Origin: a virus
Lineage: Duplodnaviria > Heunggongvirae > Uroviricota > Caudoviricetes
Direction: 5' to 3' (one strand)
IMG/VR virus record: IMGVR_UViG_3300012983_000032
Span: 93,793-157,792 of that record
Length of the DNA stretch: 64,000 nt
This document shows, one piece after another, positions 9,742-17,938 of this stretch. Both the position numbers and the translations under genes were made by a program. Under the pieces are notes generated by a model that worked only from the letters and a program-made list of their open reading frames with translations, ran no database searches and was not told where the DNA came from. How positions within the stretch are numbered: the first letter of the stretch is position 1; every line of letters begins with the position of its first letter.

Positions 9742-10264
9742 AGAAAACAATATCCAACAACGGCTTAAGTTGTGGAAGTACCTCCTCATAAAAATTAACT
9801 TCAATAAGTTCTACATTATTTTCTTTACACCATTTTCTCTTAAAGTCGTCTCTTTGTTTTTGTTCTTCAAATGCCTGTCTACCACCAAAAAACTCTATAG
9901 GCTTAAAATGTTGTGGACCTTGAAACTCGATTGCAAAATTATATTCTGGTATAAAGAAATCAAAATATAATGGACCTCTATACCATAGTTGGGGCATAGT
10001 CTTTTCCTGTTCAAACTTTACCCCATATTCTTCAAGAATCTCTTTAACTCTCTTTTCACCATTTGACTGATAGTTATAACATTTAGGGCAACCTTTTCTT
10101 TCTACAATAAGATTGTAAGGGGAAATGAAAAACTCTCCGTGTTTCTTGCAGTCAATACAAATTGGTAAATAATCGTCTACATATATAACCTTATTATAAG
10201 TATTTTTATTAGGGTATATTTTTTCTAAACGTAAAATTAAATCTTTCTCATCTTTTGCAATCAT
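9725..10264 (-). CDS. Zn-finger + PD-(D/E)XK (Vsr/DUF559-like) putative homing endonuclease
   Basis: CKKHGEF...GCPKC Zn module; SNGEKRV...LYFDFFIPEYNFAIEFQGPQHF...DDFKRKWCKENNVELIEV, characteristic of phage PD-(D/E)XK endonucleases. Confidence 0.8.
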   Translation of the reverse strand: MIAKDEKDLILRLEKIYPNKNTYNKVIYVDDYLPICIDCKKHGEFFISPYNLIVERKGCPKCYNYQSNGEKRVKEILEEYGVKFEQEKTMPQLWYRGPLYFDFFIPEYNFAIEFQGPQHFKPIEFFGGRQAFEEQKQRDDFKRKWCKENNVELIEVNFYEEVLPQLKPLLDIVFYDEYE

Positions 10265-10314
10265 TAAAAAGTTAGTTTAAACTGCTGAATTACAAAAAAT
10301 GTTACTATTTATAT

Positions 10315-11193
10315 ATGGATATATCTGATATTGATGTAGTAATTATAAACTTAAATAATTATCTAAGTAAGCCCTTTATTCGAGTTATAACAAAACATAA
10401 TCTAAAAGAACTTGAGGGTGCAAAAATTCATATTATAGATAATAATAACATTAAGGAATTTATACCAAACTTAAAACAAGCTAGATGGGTATTAGATAAT
10501 AACTATATTCCCTCTTATTTAGGAGATGAATTAAGATGTTATTTAGCTACACAATATAAAAATTATCTTTATCTTGACGCAGATACTTTTATAAGCAGAG
10601 ACTATATTTTAAAGGCTGCAAATAACCCTAGAGAATTAATCATCCCTGGTGGATATAATAATACATTCTCTACAAGCTTATTTTTTAGTAAAAACTATGG
10701 GGAAAATCCTATTAGAAAAATATATGAGGCATATGAATCAGTTACGGACGTAAAGGACTATTATTTATGTGATGGGGAATTTGTTTCTAAAAAATTTTCA
10801 TTAGAAGAAAGGCTTAGTATAATAGATAAATATACGTTAAAACCAACACATAATGAAGTACATCATATAGGGTACGGTAAATTCTTACATTACTATCACC
10901 ATATATTACCTACTAATCCAATTGTTGCATATACTGATAAAAATGTAGACTTGTCTTGCCCTCTACTAGACAAATATAAATCAATATGGGTAATATCTAA
11001 TAGTGTACCATATACATATATGGAAAATATAGATGATAAACGAGTTATATATCAACTTAATAGTGGGTCATTTAATATAAAGGACTTCAAAAAATATTTT
11101 ATGCTTGATGTTATATATCACGCTACAAGTTTAAGGATTTCTCCAAAATTTGTAGATATAACAGACGAATTAACTGCCATATCCACCAACTAA
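10315..11193 (+). CDS. Putative DXD glycosyltransferase (GT32/capsule-synthesis-like)
   Basis: GDELRCYLATQYKNYLYLDADTF resembles the SDxxR...GGxYLDxD signature of GT32-like enzymes. Confidence 0.5.
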   Translation: MDISDIDVVIINLNNYLSKPFIRVITKHNLKELEGAKIHIIDNNNIKEFIPNLKQARWVLDNNYIPSYLGDELRCYLATQYKNYLYLDADTFISRDYILKAANNPRELIIPGGYNNTFSTSLFFSKNYGENPIRKIYEAYESVTDVKDYYLCDGEFVSKKFSLEERLSIIDKYTLKPTHNEVHHIGYGKFLHYYHHILPTNPIVAYTDKNVDLSCPLLDKYKSIWVISNSVPYTYMENIDDKRVIYQLNSGSFNIKDFKKYFMLDVIYHATSLRISPKFVDITDELTAISTN

Positions 11194-11847
11194 TTCCTGC
11201 TCGTCACCTCTATAAAGGTCTACACCTTTTAAGTTTGCCATCATCTCAGCTTGGGCATTTTTACAAAGTGAATTTAATACCCAAAGATAACTCTTCCAAC
11301 CTTCAAGAAGACGTTCTATCGTAGAACGTTCACGGCTTTTACAGATAATATCTGCTTTTAAGTCAGCTGCCATAAATTTATATTTTGTAAGAACAGTAGC
11401 GTCTATTTCCTTTGCCGACAACCAAGAGGCATTTTTAACGTCTTTTGTATTATAAGTATTTCTAACTTCCATATATTTTTCTGCATACCATTCGTCATAC
11501 TTTGCCTTTGCAACTTCTTCCTCAAATTTTGCAGTTTCATACAATGCTATTAACCCAAACAAAGTTTGTTCATATTGGGCTAAAGCCATATCCAATTCAT
11601 ACTTAGATGGGTCTCTATTCCCATTAAAAAGAAGTTTATTATCCATTCGAGTTATTTGTTCATTTACATATTCTAATAAATGTTTGCTGGCTTCATCTGA
11701 TTTATTTTCAATTTCAGAATGGTAATCAGCCGAAATATTTGTTGACTCTACTTTAGTTTCAAACTGTTCTACTTGTTGTTCTACTTTAGGTTCTTCCTCT
11801 GTAGTATTTTGACGGATAATACGTCTTATTGGTTGGTTTTCTTCCAT
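11170..11847 (-). CDS. uvsY: UvsY-like recombination mediator protein
   Basis: Helical protein with KYDEWYAEKY...SAKEIDATV...ERLLEGWKSYLWVLNSL pattern like T4 UvsY; SD AGGAG. Confidence 0.5.
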   Translation of the reverse strand: MEENQPIRRIIRQNTTEEEPKVEQQVEQFETKVESTNISADYHSEIENKSDEASKHLLEYVNEQITRMDNKLLFNGNRDPSKYELDMALAQYEQTLFGLIALYETAKFEEEVAKAKYDEWYAEKYMEVRNTYNTKDVKNASWLSAKEIDATVLTKYKFMAADLKADIICKSRERSTIERLLEGWKSYLWVLNSLCKNAQAEMMANLKGVDLYRGDEQELVGGYGS

Positions 11848-12027
11848 TGAAAATTTTCTCCTATTATAACATCAATATATTAACACACTAAAAAACCGAA
11901 TTTTTGCAAAAGTTCAATTATAACATTAATGTAATCTAAAAGATATATTAATATATTAATATTAATTAATATATATATAGAATTCAAGTTTTTTGTTAAT
12001 ATAATAATAATAATTAGGAATTTCAAA

Positions 12028-12495
12028 ATGAAACGAATATTTTTAATATCTATTTTCTTATTTATTTTCTGTCAAAATATCTTTTGTCAGAAGCAAATTA
12101 ATATAAAATCCAACTCTTTCATACCATATGACGTTATTTTAGTTGATAACCAAAATGTAAGAAAAGATTTTAATTTTTATAATAAACTCTTTGTTAAAGA
12201 CGGTATTTTTTCAAAACCTATAAAAATTGCATATATTGGTTGGCATGAACCCCTTACACCAAACTCTGCGGCGGGTATTTGTTATAATACGGAATATGGT
12301 AATATTATAGTTCTTATTAAGAGTAAAAACCAATATTGGGATGAGGCAACATACCGTAGAGTATTAATTCACGAGATGATTCATGCTTATCAAAATCAAG
12401 TATTAAACGACATTGGTTTAGGACATAATGATAATTTTAAAAGAATATCCAAAATGATTAATCTTAAATACCACTACAATATTCAAAATAATTAA
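12028..12495 (+). CDS. SprT-like zinc metalloprotease with N-terminal signal peptide
   Basis: VLIHEMIHAY (HExxH) followed by GHNDNF; AAGIC upstream; hydrophobic N-terminus MKRIFLISIFLFIFC. Confidence 0.75.
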   Translation: MKRIFLISIFLFIFCQNIFCQKQINIKSNSFIPYDVILVDNQNVRKDFNFYNKLFVKDGIFSKPIKIAYIGWHEPLTPNSAAGICYNTEYGNIIVLIKSKNQYWDEATYRRVLIHEMIHAYQNQVLNDIGLGHNDNFKRISKMINLKYHYNIQNN

Positions 12496-12568
12496 GAAAA
12501 TTTGGAATGGACTCACTAATTTGTATATAATTAAATTGTATACAAATTAATATTAAAGGGAGAGACTT

Positions 12569-14146
12569 ATGAAAATAAAATTTGAGAAGTTAATAACTGA
12601 TTCTGAAAATATAAATATTCAATATAATCAGAACCTTTCAAAAACATACTCTGTGAAAGAGATAAAATCTAATAATAATGAAATACCTTTTTCCACAGAA
12701 GATTGTATAGACTTACATAATATTAAAATTTCTACAGATACTTCTAATTCTGTTACACCTGAATTTAATGAAGAAGATGAATATGACATTTTATTTGAAT
12801 ATTTTAATGGGTGTAAAACTAAAAAATGGGTAATAGATAAAGAAAACTTCCCAAATATATATAACTTAATTTTCTTACCTACTTATGTATTCCAAATTTA
12901 TGATTTCTATAAAAATGACGATACCGAAGTTGATGATAGTTTTAAGTATGTATCATTTAATCCTAATGAACGTTATAAATCTTTTTCTTATTTAAGTGAC
13001 GCTAAAGAATTCCGAGAAGATAATCCACTTAACTGTGACTCAAATATATATTATAAAGACGATAATGGAGAATATCAGGTATATGATGAATCTGATACAA
13101 GTTTAACACCAAGTACATATTATTGTTTAATAAAATATGAAACAAATAGTTGGTCTATTTATGATTATATCCCTATGAAAGACACTATAATTATTGGGGA
13201 TAAGACATACAGTATTATTTATTATCAAAATAAATATTATCTTGTAAATAAAGATAAGATTAATGATATATCTTATGACGATTGTATAGTACTAAATTTT
13301 TCTGACGAGATGCCTAAAAGTTATGTATTAAGGGCAAATCCTAAATATGTATATTTAGAAGAAACAGAAGATACGTCTGATGAATATTTTTCTAGCTATA
13401 ATAATATTAATTCAGCATCTGATTACCTTACTCTTTCTGGTTTAAAGTATAAAGGTTATAGTGATTTTAAATATAAAATGGTTCCTACAACAGAATTTAC
13501 TAGAGGTTCATTTCAAATTATTGAGAATAGTAATGAAAATATTTTTAATGAAATTAAAAGTCTTATAACTGACCAAATAAACTCTTATAAAGTATTTGTA
13601 GATGGTTATGACCTTAAAAATAACTTGGAAGTCTCAAGAAAATTATTTTTTATTTTAGGAAAAATACAAACTCGCTATAGTGAGGCGAGTCGTAGATTTC
13701 CTTATATATCATTTAACTCGTTTCATGATAAAACTTTGGAACACTTGGGTAATTATATTTATTACAAATCTTACTCCTCATCCAGTTACCTAAAAAATTG
13801 TAATAGTATTATTACACGTCTTGGAGCAAGATTTATATGTAATTGGTATCTTTCTTATAACGAGAAAATTTTTGTAAAAGAACTCTCTTATGAAAGTTTA
13901 AATTATGATATTCCTCTTATAATGTATGAAAAAGATATAAGTGGTAATGAGTCGGGATATGGTTATTATAGCAGTTTGACAATAATACCATCAGAAGAAA
14001 ATAAAGATATTACAATTAAACAGAATATTAGTAATATTGAATTTTTAGATGAGTTTACTACTCCTAAAAACATTTATAAAATGACTTATATTCCTAATGT
14101 ACCGTCACAATATGAACATCTTTTTCAAAAGTTAGAGAATGAATAA
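12569..14146 (+). CDS. Hypothetical Tyr/Asn/Asp-rich protein coupled to a radical SAM gene
   Basis: 525 aa, SD GGGAG, 8-nt overlap with 14139..15479. Confidence 0.6.
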   Translation: MKIKFEKLITDSENINIQYNQNLSKTYSVKEIKSNNNEIPFSTEDCIDLHNIKISTDTSNSVTPEFNEEDEYDILFEYFNGCKTKKWVIDKENFPNIYNLIFLPTYVFQIYDFYKNDDTEVDDSFKYVSFNPNERYKSFSYLSDAKEFREDNPLNCDSNIYYKDDNGEYQVYDESDTSLTPSTYYCLIKYETNSWSIYDYIPMKDTIIIGDKTYSIIYYQNKYYLVNKDKINDISYDDCIVLNFSDEMPKSYVLRANPKYVYLEETEDTSDEYFSSYNNINSASDYLTLSGLKYKGYSDFKYKMVPTTEFTRGSFQIIENSNENIFNEIKSLITDQINSYKVFVDGYDLKNNLEVSRKLFFILGKIQTRYSEASRRFPYISFNSFHDKTLEHLGNYIYYKSYSSSSYLKNCNSIITRLGARFICNWYLSYNEKIFVKELSYESLNYDIPLIMYEKDISGNESGYGYYSSLTIIPSEENKDITIKQNISNIEFLDEFTTPKNIYKMTYIPNVPSQYEHLFQKLENE

Positions 14147-15479
14147 AATAACAATAAATATTAACTTTAATAATAACTGCAATCAAAATTGCAGTTATTG
14201 TTTTAGAAATAAAACAATTTCCTCTATTCCTAAAAACGTTTTATATCAAAAAATACAGGGTCTTGTAGAAACTTATTTACAAGACTCTATAACTATTTTT
14301 ACTATTGGTGTAATGAGTGAATTAATGACTTCCAAAAAAGAAGTATTAGAGTTCTTACACGATATTCCATACTTAATGAGATATTTTTTTACAGAAGACG
14401 ATTTTACTAATATGGATAATTTCTTAGAAAAGATAGAAGTAAGTTCTTTAGAAGAACTTAATACTGTTATTAGTAGTAAAGACTTTTTTGATTTTTTATA
14501 CAGCAACATTGACTTAAGTAATGACGAATACTTTAATGAAGTATTAAAAACATATGTAGGTGAAAAGTGGAATATTTTATGGTTAAATAATTATATTTTA
14601 CGAAAATTATACCCAGAAGAGTTTAAATCAAAAGTGCCAAGTTATTGTTCAATTCTATATTTTACTAATGGTACAGAGTTAGATAAAGAGTTCTTTAATG
14701 AAATAAAGAAATTTTATTGGTCTGATAAAGAAAAAGTAATTAGGATTGCTTTGAGTGTAGATGGCCCAGAAGAACTACATGATAAACATCGTGGAAAAGG
14801 TACATATAAAAAAGTAATGGACTCTTATAACTATATAAAAAAAGATAATTTATTATGTTTAAATCATATAGGTGCTACAATTACGTCCTCTATAAATGAC
14901 TTTTATGAATATTTTAAATATTTTTATGACACATTTGGTAAAGACTCAACAATTTTATTTTCTTTTATCCGCGACAATCCAAAGTTTTGGTACAATACTG
15001 ACACATTTAATATACTTGCAGATAAACTTAATAAATACTATGATAAAGTAAAACAGGATATTATTCAACATAAAAATATTGGATTATTAAATTTTTATCT
15101 TTCTAATAGATTTTTAAATACAATTCAACTGCTACACAAACCTAATAATAATATTTTTAGATGTGAGATAGAAAAACAATTTTACATTGACGGTAGTGGT
15201 AATGTAACAAATTGTTTTAATAATAATTTTAAAATAAATTTAAAAAATGATAAAATTATTCAAAAACACCCATTGACATATATGGAACATCTTAACGTAA
15301 ATAATTTAATTTTTTGTAAAGACTGTGATTTAAAAGGTGTCATGTGTGGTGGACCTTGTTATGCAAATCTTACTAAAGACCCAGAATATGTAAAAATTGA
15401 ATGTAAAATAAATCATATTATATATGAAAGATGTAAAGAACTGTATTCCTACTTAAAAGATATTCTTGAACAATCTTAA
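14139..15479 (+). CDS. Radical SAM/SPASM-domain protein (anSME/peptide-maturase-like)
   Basis: CNQNCSYC (CxxxCxxC), FTNGT, LSVDGPEELHDKHRGKGTY, SPASM-type C...YIDGSGNVTNC...CKDC...CGGPC...C. Confidence 0.9.
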   Translation: MNKITININFNNNCNQNCSYCFRNKTISSIPKNVLYQKIQGLVETYLQDSITIFTIGVMSELMTSKKEVLEFLHDIPYLMRYFFTEDDFTNMDNFLEKIEVSSLEELNTVISSKDFFDFLYSNIDLSNDEYFNEVLKTYVGEKWNILWLNNYILRKLYPEEFKSKVPSYCSILYFTNGTELDKEFFNEIKKFYWSDKEKVIRIALSVDGPEELHDKHRGKGTYKKVMDSYNYIKKDNLLCLNHIGATITSSINDFYEYFKYFYDTFGKDSTILFSFIRDNPKFWYNTDTFNILADKLNKYYDKVKQDIIQHKNIGLLNFYLSNRFLNTIQLLHKPNNNIFRCEIEKQFYIDGSGNVTNCFNNNFKINLKNDKIIQKHPLTYMEHLNVNNLIFCKDCDLKGVMCGGPCYANLTKDPEYVKIECKINHIIYERCKELYSYLKDILEQS

Positions 15480-15498
15480 ACTTTAAAAGTTTCGCTCT

Positions 15499-15507
15499 GT
15501 TAATATA
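15499..15507 (+). promoter_or_regulatory. GTTAATAT(A) second promoter motif (representative copy)
   Basis: Recurs at 11876-11884 (-), 11995 (+), 15499 (+), 16100 (+), 27180-27188 (-) and 31493 (+), each upstream of non-structural genes; resembles an extended -10 element. Confidence 0.6.
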
Positions 15508-15513
15508 TACCAT

Positions 15514-15858
15514 ATGGAACTTTTAGAGAGAATAAATAATGCCAAAAATATTTTAGAAACGGTTATTGGTAATATTTGGAATGACAATAACAGTATGGTA
15601 AAAGTTGTATATGAAGATAAAAATATCTATGTACATTTTGCATTAAAATCAAAAAATGGTTTTGTCACTCTTCCAAAGGAGAAAATATTTTTTCTTTCTA
15701 ATGTTCTTAGGACTTGTATGTTTGAAAATGACTGTTCTTTTATGCAAGGAACTTTTACATTAATTCTTAACCAAGAAGTTGAAGAAACTGAGGAAAGTGT
15801 AAAAAAGTTCGAATCTACAGTTGCCTTATTAAGGAGTTATTGGTATTTAATTTACTAA
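15514..15858 (+). CDS. Hypothetical protein
   Basis: 114 aa; ATG 6 nt after a GTTAATATA motif, no SD. Confidence 0.6.
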   Translation: MELLERINNAKNILETVIGNIWNDNNSMVKVVYEDKNIYVHFALKSKNGFVTLPKEKIFFLSNVLRTCMFENDCSFMQGTFTLILNQEVEETEESVKKFESTVALLRSYWYLIY

Positions 15859-15896
15859 AACCATTTTTTGCATTTTTGGATATACAACTAAAATAG

Positions 15897-16041
15897 TATA
15901 ATACACATTGATTTTTCATACTGTAATAGAGTGTGTATTAAAATAAGTGTTTTTGAAAACACTAGTAGTTTCTAAATCTCAAATTCCTCCCCTTTACGTT
16001 TAGAAACGGTAAGACCTACCAATTTTGGTAGGTCTTTTTTT
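15897..16041 (+). ncRNA. Candidate structured small RNA
   Basis: ACTAAAA motif at 15887-15893, then three consecutive hairpins and a terminator hairpin with U-tract; no long ORF. Confidence 0.45.
16011..16041 (+). terminator. Rho-independent terminator
   Basis: AAGACCTACCA-attt-TGGTAGGTCTT followed by a T run. Confidence 0.85.
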
Positions 16042-16117
16042 ATTTTTTAAAAATAATTATTTTTGATAGACCTCTAAAGTCCTATTTTGACCTATTTATG
16101 TTAATATATATTGTAAT

Positions 16118-17905
16118 ATGAACTTTGTGAAAAATGAGAAAGAGTTTGATTCTTTACCTAAAAAAAGAGGGACAAAAATATCATATAATTGTAAATGTTG
16201 TGGTAAAATGACAACTATATCTTATCGTGAAGATAGAGAGTCTTCTCAAAAAAGACTTTTATGCACAAAATGTGCAATGAAGGATACAAATTTAAAAAAA
16301 TATGGAACTGAATACTCCTCACAAACTAAAAATGTACGCGAGAAAATTAGAAACACAGTAATATCTAAAAAAGGTATAGACTGTGAAAAAGATATCTGGG
16401 TTAAAGACACAGAAGAATTCTGTAAAGTTTTAAAAAAGTCAAAAGTTAGGATACATTATAACTGTTTAAATTGTGGAAAAGAGGCAAGTTTTATATATAA
16501 AAAATATGATTTTGAGAGACAAAAAAGACTACTATGCAGTAATTGTAGTAGAAAAGATAAAAGTAATAATATTAAAATTATAATTAATGCCGAAGATATA
16601 ACGTCAGATATAAAAGACGGCACAGTTTTGATGTGTCATTGTTTGAATTGTAATAATCCGTACAAGATAGTTTTTAGAAAAGATAGAATTGATAATTTCA
16701 AAAGACTATATTGCCCACTATGTCAAAGAAAGGAAACTTCAACTCAAAAGTATGGAACACCTTATTTTTCTCAATCTAGTGAGGCAAGATATAAAAGAAG
16801 TTATAAGTATCTATATGATAATGAAACTTTTGATTCTTCTTGGGAATTAGCACTATGGATTTATGCTAAAGATAATAATTTAAGTATTATTCACGAGCCT
16901 GTAAAATTTGAATATATGTATAATAATAATATTCATACGTATTACCCCGACTTTCTATATAATAATGAATATGTTGAGGTAAAAGGTTCACAATTTTTTA
17001 ATAAAGACGGTACTATGTGTAACCCATTTGACCATTCATTAGACGGTCTTTTTGAAGCAAAACATCAGTGTATGTTAAAAAATAATGTAAAAATATTAGG
17101 TAAAGAAGAATTATCACCTATCTTAAATTGGGTAATAGATAAATACTCTAGTGCATATTTAGGATTATTTAAAAAAGATATCCCTTTTCCTTATCCAAAT
17201 CAAGGACTTACAAATAAGTCTGACTTAGGTGTTATTCAACATTTCCATAAATCATTATACTCCGCAAGTAGACTAGGAAAATTAAGTCCTATTATGGCAT
17301 GGGAAAATAAAGAACTTGTAAAAAAATCAGCATTAAACAGATTGAAATATGTAGGTCATTGTGAACCGTCAGATATTATTCAAGGATTTAATGTTGATAA
17401 AATTGCACCAAAGGTATCTTTGTTTAAGCCAAGTTTGGCAGAAAGTTTAATTAACAAATACTTGCAAAATTTCACTACCATTGTAGACCCATTTTCAGGA
17501 TTTTCAGGAAGAATGTTAGGGTCATATAATTGTGGCAAATATTATATTGGGTATGATATCAATGAAGACCACGTTAGGGAGTCTAACGAAATTATATCCT
17601 ATAAAGATATTTCAAAACTTTGCTGTGTAAATATTGAAGATATTATAGCTGCAAAAAATAAGTCATATGAAAACTCGGCATTATTTACATGTCCCCCTTA
17701 CGGTGGTAAAGAACATTGGAATGAGAATAACGATGAAATTGAAAAATCTTGTGACGAGTGGATTGACTTATGTCTTGAAAAATATAAATGTGATAAATAT
17801 TTATTTGTAGTTGACAAAACTGAAAAATATAAAAATTATATTGTTGAGACTATAACAAATAAAAGTCATCTTGGTATAAATTTTGAATATGTAGTTTTAA
17901 TATGA
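16118..17905 (+). CDS. Zn-ribbon/PD-(D/E)XK endonuclease fused to a C-terminal DNA methyltransferase-like domain
   Basis: Three CxxC...CxxC repeats, two KYGxxxxSQ motifs, FDSSWELA...YYPDF...YVEVKG nuclease core; then IVDPFSGFSGR (SAM-binding), YIGYDIN and LFTCPPYG (motif IV-like). Confidence 0.75.
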   Translation: MNFVKNEKEFDSLPKKRGTKISYNCKCCGKMTTISYREDRESSQKRLLCTKCAMKDTNLKKYGTEYSSQTKNVREKIRNTVISKKGIDCEKDIWVKDTEEFCKVLKKSKVRIHYNCLNCGKEASFIYKKYDFERQKRLLCSNCSRKDKSNNIKIIINAEDITSDIKDGTVLMCHCLNCNNPYKIVFRKDRIDNFKRLYCPLCQRKETSTQKYGTPYFSQSSEARYKRSYKYLYDNETFDSSWELALWIYAKDNNLSIIHEPVKFEYMYNNNIHTYYPDFLYNNEYVEVKGSQFFNKDGTMCNPFDHSLDGLFEAKHQCMLKNNVKILGKEELSPILNWVIDKYSSAYLGLFKKDIPFPYPNQGLTNKSDLGVIQHFHKSLYSASRLGKLSPIMAWENKELVKKSALNRLKYVGHCEPSDIIQGFNVDKIAPKVSLFKPSLAESLINKYLQNFTTIVDPFSGFSGRMLGSYNCGKYYIGYDINEDHVRESNEIISYKDISKLCCVNIEDIIAAKNKSYENSALFTCPPYGGKEHWNENNDEIEKSCDEWIDLCLEKYKCDKYLFVVDKTEKYKNYIVETITNKSHLGINFEYVVLI

Positions 17906-17930
17906 ACTACCAAACTTAGTTTGGTAGTTC
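17904..17930. terminator. Hairpin between convergent genes (probable bidirectional terminator)
   Basis: Perfect 12-bp inverted repeat GAACTACCAAAC-tta-GTTTGGTAGTTC. Confidence 0.7.
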
Positions 17931-17938
17931 CAATGAAA

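Noticed and set aside
15860..16110. tRNA or known riboswitch in the intergenic regions
   Set aside because: No cloverleaf with a TTCGA T-loop or recognisable riboswitch consensus was seen by eye; a tRNAscan/Rfam run is needed for certainty.
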